Source: Somniosus microcephalus
Lineage: Eukaryota
Direction: 5' to 3'
DNA: 64,000 bases
Assembly: GCA_052327205.1 (NCBI GenBank)
Contig: CM126226.1
Location: 19,282,001 to 19,346,000, forward strand
The notes under the pieces were generated by a model, which saw only the letters and a list, made by a program, of their open reading frames with translations, made no database searches and was not told the DNA's origin. The position numbers and the translations under genes were made by a program. Below, piece by piece: positions 14,630 to 25,745 of the stretch (its first letter is position 1; each line of letters begins with the position of its first letter).

Positions 14630-15120
14630 GGGGAAAGGGGTAGAGGGTAGGGAGAGGGGGCTAAAGACACAATGGTGGAACAAAGGGAAGGAGGGGGATG
14701 CACAAGGGGACAGATACAGAGGAATAGAGCACTCTGGAGAGAGGCGGTTTCAGAAATGATGAGGAGTGAGGCCATGAAGGATTTAAACATGAGAATAAAA
14801 ATTTTAAATTGGGGAGCCAAGAACCAAAGTAGGTCAGTGAGGACAGCGGTGACATACAAGCAGGACTCGGCAGGATGGCATATGTGCAGTAAAGTTTTGG
14901 ATGAGCTGAAGTTTAGAGGGTGGAGGATGAAAGATCGGTCAGAAGAGCGTTGGAATAGTTGAGTCTGGAGGCAATAAAAGTGTGAATGAGGGTTTCAGCG
15001 GCAGAGAGGCTGAGGTAGGGGTGGAGGCGGATGATGTTACGAGGTGGAAGTAGACAGTCTTTGTGACAGAGACAAAATGGGGTTGGAAGCTCAGCTCGGG
15101 ATAGAACAGCCTTATGTTCT
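14630..15120 (-). mobile_element. L2-clade LINE relic
   Basis: RLHPYLSLSAAETLIHTFIASRLNYSNALL and FKIFILMFKS resemble the L2 ORF2 C-terminus; similar to the 61605-62609 copy. Confidence 0.75.
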
Positions 15121-16526
15121 AATAAACTATTTTGGGATTTTGCAGTTTCCCATAACTTACAATGCAAATGGCAATGTTTGTCCCAGAGCTTCTAAGGTGG
15201 TTTACTGCAGTATATTACCACAGGATAGTGAAGCCACCAATTTGAAAATTGTCATTTGCATGCTTTAGCACTATGTTGGCAATCCCAAAGTAATTTTATT
15301 TTAAATTATAAACAGATTATGTTACACTTTCATTTTTCATATAGGCTGTCAATACTTTTTGAAATCTTTGACAGCTGTATGAAATTAGTTTTCCATTTTG
15401 AACAAAATGATCTTGTAATTTAATGCATGAAGTTTAATTGTCCATAGCACCACAAAGAAAATGCCCGTCTTAAAAACCAAAAAGTTTCCAAATCAGGTGG
15501 GAGCTCTAAACTTTATCCCAATATGCTCAATTTGAATTTAACTGTATAATTGCATCTGAACTTAGATTCTCAAAGTAATGCAAAAACTATGTCCACAACC
15601 ATTGGAGAGACTAAGTATGCAGTGCACACCACAACATAAAACAGAATTTGATCATTCATTTGTATTTTAACTGTGCAAAGTAGCAAACATTTGTAAATCA
15701 GAAAATATGCATTTTATTAGTTAGCACGCTGTTAAAGTAAAGTCTCTCATCTGAGGAGGTGGACAATGTTCAGAGAACTTGGATTAAGTTTGCTAGATAA
15801 TACAACATATATTGTTACCTTGCTCTCAATAGCAATATAAGCCAGTTGTGAATTGCTTGCTTTTACTTACATATCGTTTGACATTTAAGCAAAATGAAGA
15901 GGCATCAATCTGTAACACAATCCACTTATTGCACTCTCACTGCAGTCAAAAAAGTTGTGGATTCAAGCCCCACTCCAGGTCTTGAACATAATCTAATGTC
16001 AGTCAATGAGTTGGAGGCGGGACGGGACTTACTATGAGTCGCTATGAATTACTGCAAACACAACTCCTGTCCGAAACTACAGCAATTTCTCCCGATAAAA
16101 GCAGGATGATTTCTCGAGAAAAATGCAGTGAGTGGAGGATAGTTATACAATATAAATTATGTGCATAAAATTAATCCCAGTTATTTATAGCAGTGCCAGG
16201 CCAGGAATGGTGGCGTCACTATATACAGCCATAGTCTAGGCTGACAATTCAGTGCAGTGGAGTGCTGCATTGTTTCCACTGCACCTCTTAGTTTGGTATC
16301 AATGCAAATTGGTCAAATTTGCAAATGAGTTCTTGAGTTCAAGACACATGTAAATTAGGAACAGTAGTGGTCCCAACACTGAGCCCTGGGGCCACCCACT
16401 CAGTACTATCCCCCAACTCTGACAGGATTCCTCCAATAAGTACCCACTGTTTCCTACTCTTCAGCCAAATTCTTATCCATTCCCAAAATCTACCCACCTT
16501 TAACAGTTCATAGAGCCATAAATTAT

Positions 16527-17255
16527 GGGCTAAAAATTGCGGTTGGAGACGTACCTCCGGAGTATGCCTCTGACCCGCAAAAGAATTACACACCTACCTG
16601 ATGGCGGCGAGGCTGCGGAAACTTGCGGTCTGGCGCTGTGAGGTGGAGGGCGGCGTAATGGCCCACGGATCCCAGGGACGGAGGCGGTAGCCACGTGGGT
16701 CTGGCCCTCCAATCACAAAGCAGACTTTGATTTTAATCATTTCCGAAGGGAATCCCATAATGGGATGCAATGGAATTCCGAAATCTGATATAATTACAAT
16801 TTACAGAATTGGAATTTAATTCGTAATTAGCTTCATTCCACCAACCTCACTAAAAATTTAACTTTTTGATAATTTTCAATATCATTAAAACTCTAATCCA
16901 GGCCAATATTTGCAGAAACTCATTTGATACAGCGTACGTGTATAATTTGCGATTGAAACATTTTCTATCATGGATACCCCTTACGCTGATGCAAACAAGC
17001 TTTGCATCACCCGTAACATGTCCGTGCTCAATTGCTGGCCAGTCAGTGGGCAAATACCCCAACTCTGGGGCAGCAATTGCTTTCTCGTGGGCAGTGCAGA
17101 TGGCCTGTCAATGCATACGCTGACAGACCGCAAGTTCCAGATTTCCGCACGCATGCGGAAATCCCGAACTTGCGGTGGATTTCAAAGGCAAAATCCGAGC
17201 CTATATTTTACGCTTAGAAGAACACTGTTACCAATTACAGTTATGTAATTTTCTC
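16527..17255. mobile_element. Probable Harbinger-like non-autonomous DNA element with a degraded right end
   Basis: Left end gggctaaaaattgcgg resembles the termini of the elements at 21494 and 45877. CpG-rich interior; acgcatgcg..aaa block shared with ~61020. No clear right TIR. Confidence 0.45.
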
Positions 17256-17305
17256 TAATTGCATTAGACCAAACAATATTCTTCTGATCCGTGGTCCCTT
17301 GGTAG

Positions 17306-17832
17306 TGTTGGAGGAAATTTTAAAATGGCACCGTAGTGCCTGCTGAAATACTTGACATTCATTGACATTTTGCAGACACTGGCATAACAGACAGCTGACT
17401 TGATCTGCTTACACCAAACGTGTGATGTCACTTGTACAGAACAGTAATATAATTAAGTTGTTTGCTAACAGTATAATAATATAATCAACTTGTTTTTGAC
17501 AGAATGTGATTAAGGGTTGCTAAGGTATCGGATTGGCCAAAGTTAAAGGATGCTAAAGTACCAGATTGGCCAAGGAATTAATGTAATATGGTATCTTTCC
17601 TGTTTTTAAATTGTATAAAAGGAGCGCGGCTGCTATTGTAAAGCTGAGAAGCTGGCGATTGCACCAAGGGGGTGTATAGCACTTCTCCCAGAGCGCTCTG
17701 TAAATAAAAGTGTACTCGCACATTCCAGCAAAGTCCGCAGTAGTCTGAGTTTATTGCTCTATAAGTCGAAGTTGGGTATACGTCGACCCTGTATATCACT
17801 GGGTCCATTCAGGCTCCAATTTGGCGGTAACA
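17306..17832 (+). mobile_element. Solo LTR (endogenous retrovirus or LTR retrotransposon)
   Basis: TGTT...AACA termini and a 4-bp target duplication GTAG (17302-17305, 17833-17836). Two ATTGG boxes (17532, 17565), TATAAAA at 17614 and AATAAA at 17703 lie in U3-R-U5 order. Confidence 0.85.
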
Positions 17833-19035
17833 GTAGGTTGGTCTCTAATTATCATCAAGTTAAAATGGGACAACCTCAAACATCTGTGCAATCTATAAAA
17901 CATCAGATACTTGCAGCATGAGACTTCTGCTTACTTAAATGCAACTATTCAAGAGACGTCGATGTGCAAAGTATCTTTCAAAAGGGAGTACTTTTGAAAT
18001 ACAGGCCAACAGTGGCTAATATTGTTGGAGAAACTACACAGAATGTTGAAAGGACCTTCAGACAAAACTAATGTTTTCAATCTATACACTGCCTCGCGCT
18101 TCACCAGTCTTCAACTTGTGTAGAAATCACTGACGCAAATCTTCAACAGTAGTTGCACTCCAGAGCTGCAGGGTACAAATCTTAGACCTGAAAGACTGGA
18201 AGGATCAAGAGGGGCAAATAGGCCAACCATCAAAACAATTATGCATCAATTAAAAGCAGGATTCAGGAACAAAGTTCAATCCACAGTCTGTTTTAAAACT
18301 CCTCTCATGTAATTTTTTCCACTAAAAACACACATCATTCCAGATAATAATCCCAACAGTGCTTACATTTGCCACTGGCCCAATTTTGTTTTCACACCAA
18401 GCAGTATTAAACTGCCAGTACTGTGAATGGTTTAGGTACCCCTATAGCACAGAAATCAACAGGAAATTCACATTAGCTTGATGCATTTTGACCTGAGGGG
18501 TAGGAGATTTTTTCCTTTACTCTGCTGCTAAATGCTCAGAGCCACATTGGCCTACGTTAGCCAAGCCAGCGTCTTCAAATTCAGAAATGTAATATTCTTG
18601 CGTATTTGCAGATCTACATGTGGGGAAAAGGAAAGAAACACAGGCACAGAAATATACTCTTAAGATAGCACACTGAAGCAGAATCGCCAAGTGAATTTCT
18701 GTATGTCATCACTGAAGCAGCAATGCAGAAAATGCACACTGAAATCTGTAATAATGAAGAAAACATCTTGATGATAGATGGCCAATGATTATCTTAATTC
18801 AACTGGCAAAAGGGCCGTTTCAAACTGACCCATTTTGATGACTGTAGAGCATTCCTCCCTCTGACTAAATAGATGCTGTAGCCACCACAACTAGATACCT
18901 TTTTTTAAACACTACTTTAATAGTAATCACTTGTTCAGCAAGACAAGACATCTGGCATTATTCATTTTGAACTAAATAAATCAAATAAGGAATTCAGGAG
19001 AAACTTCATTAGCATCACAAATCCCTTCTAATTTC

Positions 19036-20268
19036 AACAAACATCCACTACAAGCCCACTGACTCCCACAGCTACCTGGACTACACTTCCTCCTACCCTG
19101 CTTCCTGTAAGGACTCTATTCCATTCTCCCAGTTTCTCCGTCTCCGCCGCGTCTGTTCTGACGATGCCACCTTCCATACCAGTGCTTCCGACATGTCTTC
19201 CTTTTTCCTCAACCGAGGATTCCCCTCTACTGCGGTTGACACGGCCCTTGACCGTGTCCATTCGATTTTGCGCACTTCTGCTCTCACCCCTTCCCCTTCC
19301 TCCCAGAACCACGATAGGGTTCCCGTTGTCCTCACCTTTCACCCCACCAGCCTCCACATTCAACGGATCATCCTCTGCCATTTCCGCCACCTCCAACATG
19401 ATCCCACCACCAAACGCATCTTCCCCTTGCCTCCCCTTTCAGCATTCCGAAGGGACCACTCCCTCCACGACACCCCCGGTCCACTCCGATCACCCCCAAC
19501 AGCCCTTCCCCTTTGCCCGGCACCTTCCCGTGCAAGCGCAGGAGATGCAACACATGCACTTTTACCTCCTCCCTTCCCACTGTCCAGGGCCCCAAACACC
19601 CCTTCCAGGTGAAACAGCGATTTACTTGTACTTCTTGCAATTTAATATACTGTATTCGCTGCTCACGATGCGGTCTCCTCTACATTGGGGAGACCAAACA
19701 CAGATTGGGCGACCGCTTTGCGGAACACCTCCGTTCAGTCCGTAAAGGTGACCCTGAGCTTCCGGTCGCCTGTCACTTTAATTCACCGCTTCACTCCTAC
19801 TCTGATCTCTCTGTCCTTGGCCTATTACATAGTTCCAATGAAGCTCAAAGTAAGCTCGAGGAACAGTACCTCACCTTTCGATTAGGCACTTTACAGCCTT
19901 CTGGACTCATCGAGTTCAACAATTTCAAACTATAACCCCATCCCCCGTTTTTCATGCTGTATGATTTTGCCATTCCCATTTGCAACATTTTATCTTTCCT
20001 GCCTCTTACATAAGCACAGTATGTTCCTTCAATTCCTCCCCCCACCCATCCCCCCCCCCATCCCCCCATTCCCCCCCCCCCCCCCGCCGTCTCTGCACCT
20101 GCTTAATATCTGTTACATCTCCAGCTTTTTCCAGTTCTGATGAAGGGTCGCAGACCTGAAATGTTAACTCTGTTTCTCTCTCCACAGATGCTGCCTGGCC
20201 TGCTGAGTGTTTCCAGCGTTTTCTGTTGTTATTTCAGATTTCCAGCATCTGCAGTATTTTGCTATTGT
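19036..20268 (+). mobile_element. Penelope-like element, 3' part (RT C-terminus, GIY-YIG endonuclease, terminal repeat)
   Basis: CKRRRCNTC linker and NLIYCIRCSRCGLLYIGETKHRLGDRFAEH (GIY-YIG); tail with a hammerhead-like core. Confidence 0.92.
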
Positions 20269-20320
20269 CTCTTTTAATTTATCCTGATACAATAGTAAAT
20301 ATTAAATATAAAATTATATA

Positions 20321-20635
20321 CAGGAAACTTTGTGTTATCCGGAGGCTAAATGTCCGGCAAGTTCGAGCCACCGACAAAAAACAGGAGCCGTTTTGTTAGG
20401 TTTTTTTTCTTCTCGTGGCTTTTCTTTCCAACAGTCAGGCTCTGCAAAGTCTCTCTGAAGCTGTTGCTAAGCGACAGAGACGCTTCCAAGGTACGGCCGA
20501 CTGTTTAGAAGCTGTTGCTGTTTGTTGCCAGATACGGGCTCCGTATGCTTCAACATTAACGCTGGTGTGTCCGGCAGTTTTGAGGGAACGGCAACAGCTC
20601 GGTCCCGTCGGTGCCGGATAGCACAAAGTTTCCTG
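20321..20635. mobile_element. pogo/Tigger-like MITE, copy 2
   Basis: TA|CAGGAAACTTTGTGTTATCCGG...CCGGATAGCACAAAGTTTCCTG|TA; 315 bp. Confidence 0.88.
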
Positions 20636-21493
20636 TAGCTGATTACCATCTTTTGTCATTCTCTCATTTCTACAAAATTCATATTTCTCTCTTCAGCATT
20701 GGAATTGTATAATTTTTAATAAATCACCAAATGCAAGGTGTGATATATTGAGTGCTTGAATGCAACAATACACAGGCTAAAGGAATATTTGGTCTTTCAT
20801 TCAAAAATAGTTCCCTCCACTCTAGAACTGCCTGGACTGCTCTACAAGGTCAAGGCACAGATTAAACAGGAGAGTTTCCTAATCCCTGCTGAAAGCTCAT
20901 CAATGTTATCCAGGACTTCAGCGACAAGAAAACTCCAGCAGCCCTGACTGGCAGCTATTTAAAGTGCCCATCAGTCCATAACAGGCTATAGGATAGACTA
21001 GCCACAATCCACAACAGCTACTTGCCTATTTTATTGCTAAATTAACCCACTCGAGGACTGTCAGCCAGCCATTTGCAGGACATATATCTATTTCACACAT
21101 ATTGAAACCCAAGGACTCCTACTATTTTTGTGCAATCAATACAATTTATCTGCATGGTAGTCCAAGAACAATGATACAAGGACCAGACACAACTTAGTGC
21201 AAGCTAGTATTGCGACACATGGTACACCATGGCTGTGGTAGGACTAAACCTCTGCATTTGCGATTTTTCAAGTGGAAACTCCCCATCTTGGTTCAGCAAC
21301 CAATGGAAGGTGCAAAGTGGAAGGATGGCTTTCCCACATTGGGAATAGGTAGAAAGGTCACTAGCAGAGGCAGCCCTGCCTCCTAGCTACAGAATGTGCA
21401 GAGATAGAGGGGCCGGTTGCCAACCATCTCAACTGGAGAACTGTGTGCATATCAGTCTCAAAGAAAAAGATTGGGGAAGTGGATTATCTGATT

Positions 21494-22898
21494 GGCCTGG
21501 ATTTTGCGGTCAGCGGCGAACGAACGGTGCCAGCCGTTCATTACACTAACACTTGCCCACAAACTTTCTATGGGCTTTTGCACTGGAACGTTCGATGATT
21601 AGAAGTCCAAAATAGCACGGCGCCCTCTACAGGGGATCTAGGACCTGTGTGAACGGGACAAGCCACTGTGTACCAATCAGATTGAAGAATCCTTAGTGAG
21701 ACGCGCAAAGTCTGAACCGGGAAGTGTATGTTAGAATAGTTAATTCAATGCCAAATCATGGACAGAAAGCGAAAGAGAGGGAAAGAAAGATGGGATTAAG
21801 AGAGAGATAAAAGACAAAGAAAATGTTAAAAGAAAATGATTTAATTTTATGTTTTTATATTTGCCAACAATAATAAAAGTTTGAATGAATGAGACTCCAC
21901 ACTTGTAAAAGTTCATTTTCAATGCCAGAGGGTTATATTGGAAGTAATTAGGACTTCATCACACCAATAAAAATTTACAGAGACTTGAATGGACAAGCCC
22001 GGACTTTTTCTGGTGTGTTTAGTGGGCATCTCTTTCTCAAATACCCCTACTTCTTGCCCTTCCATGTATTTCAAAGCCGAGTCTCTCGGCAGCAGGACAA
22101 GTAGATAAGGTGGTTAAAAAGGCATATGGGATACTTATATTCTATGCCTCGGCTAATGAAGGCAAGAGCAAGGAGGTTATGATGGAGCTGTACAAAACGC
22201 TAGTTAGGCCACAGCTGGAATACTGTGTGCAGTTCTGGTCGCCACACTATAGGAAGGACGTGATTGCATTGGAGAGGGTGCAGAGGAGATTCACTCGGAT
22301 GTTACTTGGGCTGGAGCACTTCAGCTATGAAGAGAGGCTGGACAGGCTGGGGTTGTTTTCCTTAGAGCAGAGAAGGCTGAGGAGGGACCTGATTGAGGTG
22401 TACAAAATTATGAGGGGCATAGATAGGGTAGATAGAAAGGAACTTTTCCCCTTAGTAGAGGGGTCAATAACCAGGGGGCATAGTTTCAAGGTAAGGGGCA
22501 GGAGGTTTAGAGGGGATTTGAGGAAAAACTTTTTCACCCAGAGGGTGGTTGGAATCTGGAACTCACTGCCTGAAACATTCAAGAAGCATTTAGATGAGCA
22601 CTTGAAACGCCATAGCATTCAAGGCTACAGACCAAGAGTTGGCTAATGGGATTAGAATAGACAGGGCTTTATGGCCGGCGCGGACACGATGGGCCGAAGG
22701 GCCTCTTTCTGTGCTGTATAACTCTATGATACTGTTATCACGAAGCTTCTGGAGGAGCAGGGCAACTTGGACAGCAACTTCCCGATTTCCGTGTTTAACT
22801 GTGCATGTGTGCTTGCCAGAAGTTGCTCTTTGATTTACTCTTTAATAACAGTGAACGCTGATAGCCTCACCGTTATTTTTAACCGCAAAATCCAGGCC
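21494..22898. mobile_element. PIF/Harbinger-group non-autonomous element, interrupted by a CR1
   Basis: Perfect 17-bp TIR GGCCTGGATTTTGCGGT with ATT on both flanks (3-bp duplication). Confidence 0.8.
22105..22730 (+). mobile_element. CR1 LINE 3' fragment nested in the 21494 element
   Basis: ORF 22110-22646: LYKTLVRPQLEYCVQFWSPHYRKD...ERVQRRFTRM...TRGHSFK; CR1 tail. Confidence 0.9.
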
Positions 22899-23216
22899 AT
22901 TGTCTTCACCGTGTAGAAATATTAAAAAACGTTGATGGAATGAAAACTCACTTTATATTGTACATCAAGTTAAATGCCCTACAATTATGCTTTAGACCTG
23001 CAATTTAAATTCCTTATTATATCCTCCTGTGAGCCACATTACACCATTTTTGAGTGACGATATCACATTAGCTCCTCATAGTTTTCTATCAGTATAATTT
23101 TAGCACCACTTTAACTTGTATTTGCAAAGATTACAGTATATATATGGTATAGAGGACATAATAGTGTTCTAATTTAGTCTAGCTGCTGAAATGACATCAA
23201 ATTCACTTAAATTTAC

Positions 23217-23967
23217 GATAGCAAAATACTGCGGATGCTGGAAATCCGAAATAACAACAGAAAACGCGAGAAAAACTCAGCAGGCCAGGCAACATCCGTA
23301 AAGAGAAACAGAGTCAACGTTTCAGGTCGAAACCCTTCTTCAGAACTGAAAAAAGGCAGGAAATGAAACAGATTAAAAGGTAGGTTGGGGGCTGGGAAAT
23401 GGGGGAGGGGATGAAGAAGAGACATTAAGAGATATTCAAGGGGAGACGAGATGGTAATAGGACAGGTAAAGAGACAAAGGATGGCTCTAGATGAAGTGTG
23501 AAATGCGCTGGCAGAGTGAGAGACAGCTGCCGTGTGGGAGAGAGAAAAAGGAAAAGGCACAAACCAAAAGTGTGGATAAAAAATATAAAAATATGATAGG
23601 GGCCGAGGTTATGATCTGAAATTGTTGTACTCGAGAGAGTCCGGAAGGCTGTAAAGTGCCTAATCGGGTGCACAATGGGGTGCTGTTCCTCGAGTTTATG
23701 CTGAGCTTCCGTGGAACAATGCAAGAGGCTGCGGACAGTGAGGTCTGAGTGGGAATGGAGCGGTGAATTGAAATGACAGGCGGCCGGAAGCTCGGGGTCA
23801 CCCTTACGGACTGAACGGAGGCGTTCCGCAAAGCGGTCACCCAATCTGCGTTTGGTCTCCCCAATGTAGAGGAGACCACATCGTGAGCAGCGAATACAGT
23901 ATACTAGATTGCAAGAAGTACAAGTAAATCGCTGTTTCACCTGGAAGGGGTGTTTGGGGCCCTGGAC
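23217..23967 (-). mobile_element. Penelope-like element, 3' fragment
   Basis: NLVYCIRCSRCGLLYIGETKRRLGDRFAE on the minus strand, with the same tail as the 19036 copy. Confidence 0.92.
23312..23347 (-). ncRNA. Minimal hammerhead ribozyme motif in the Penelope terminal repeat
   Basis: Minus strand reads AGUU-CUGAAGA-A-GGGU(UUCG)ACCU-GAAA-CGUU-GACU: conserved core boxes, stem II with UUCG loop, palindromic loopless stem III. Minimal hammerheads are an established feature of Penelope-like elements. Confidence 0.65.
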
Positions 23968-25019
23968 TTAAATTTATGCCATTTAAACCCCTAGAGTAAA
24001 CGACAGCTTTAGTACTTGACTCCCAATTATCCATAATTATACAATCAATGACAGGTCCAAACTTTTAAAAACACAAATATACTTTCACAAGAGGTTGACC
24101 TTGCCTAAACATACAACACAGCCTACCCAAAAGCACAAATCCGGTCATTCATTTCATGGATGCAAGTTTTTAGTTTTAGATGAAAATAGTTGTCTACCTG
24201 CTGACTATTAATTGTGATAACCTCAGAGATCTCTTCTGTAAAACACCTTGTCCAACTCACCCAGATACATTTCTAACTGGTGGTTTTATTCCAAGCACAG
24301 CTGAGGGAAGTCACTACTTGTGCAACTAATCACTTGGAGAAATTTGAGTGCCAGTTACAAATAGCCACATACCTGCTGATAAACGTAAAGGACGGGCAAG
24401 TGCGAGGTAAATCAAGAATTAATGCGAGTCAAATTGAGGGTAAAATGAAAAGGTTCCAATCCTTGCAAGTGGGGGAAAAAGAGGTAAAGGAAAGCAAATG
24501 TCACTCTTCTACCTGTCGTGTTGCATACTTGTTGTTTCAGCAGTTTTTCTTAAACTACAGTGGAGTCTGCAGTGCTGACGGGTATGCTAAACTTCCTATG
24601 AAGAAATGATGACATTCACTGTCAGTTCAATTTTGATAGAAAAAAGTGATCAAAGCGCTTAAGGGGATTAAACTATGTCATGGTCTTTGAGCATCAGGCT
24701 CCAAGGAAAGAAAACAAAAGGGATAGGAAAGGAACGTTGGTTCAGATGTTGAATCTAAACTGAAGAGAGCAATAAAGGCAGCTGTATGTGCATAATAAGA
24801 CTGGATAGCCGCTTAAGGTTTACAGGATACGTGGCGTGGAAGAGTCAAAATACTCCCCATTTAAAGCAGATATTATGTTACATTGATAAGCATTTTTATT
24901 TCAAGTTGCATAACTGCTTACTCACCGTGACAGTCACAACAATGAACATTGCAGCACAGGTTTAGTTGAAAATTAATGGATAAATGTACAAATAAGTAAA
25001 TAACTGGAAATAAACACCA

Positions 25020-25745
25020 GGATGAGCAGGACTTAGTGCAGGATAGGATACGGGCAGCAGAGTTTGGATGACCGGGAGTTTATGGAGCATGGAGGATGGG
25101 AGGCCAGCCGAGAGCGCATTTGAACAGTTAAGTCTGGAGATGACAAAGGCATGGATAAGGGCTTCAGCAGCAGATGGGATGAGGCAGGTGCAGAGGTGGG
25201 CGATGTTATGGAAGCAGGTGGGTTTTGTGATAGGCTGGATAAGGGGCTTGAAGTGAACTCGGTCTAGTAAGACGCCAAGGTTGCAAACCTCAGACCGTGG
25301 CTGGGGAGGAGGCTGGCATCAATAACAAGGGTCTGAAGATTGTGGTCAATGTCTTCAGCTTTCCTAATGTGTAACTGGAGAAAATTGCAGCTCATCCAAG
25401 ACAGGAAGTTGGACAACAATATGACAACGCAGAGGTAGGTGGGGGCGAGGTAGAGCTGGGTGTCATCAATGTACATGTGGAAGCTGACTCCATATCCTCG
25501 ATATTGTCACTAAGAAGCAGCATGTAGTTGAGGAAGAGGACGGGGCCAAGGATAGATCCTTGGGAGACTGCAGAGATAATGGTGCGAGGGCGAGAAGAGA
25601 TTGCTGGAGATGTTCCGGCTGTGGTTGGATAGGTAGGAGTGGAACCAAGCGAGGGCAGTCCCACGGAACTAGACAACAGAGGAGAGGCATTGGAGGAGGA
25701 CGGTGTGGTCAAGCATGTCCAAGGCTGTAGAGAAGGTTGAGGAGA
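25020..25745 (-). mobile_element. L2-clade LINE relic. Further minus-strand L2-like relics at ~26920-27360, ~53400-53930, ~55100-56030
   Basis: VSQGSILGPVLF and YIDDTQLY...WMSCNFLQL reverse transcriptase motifs. Confidence 0.78.
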
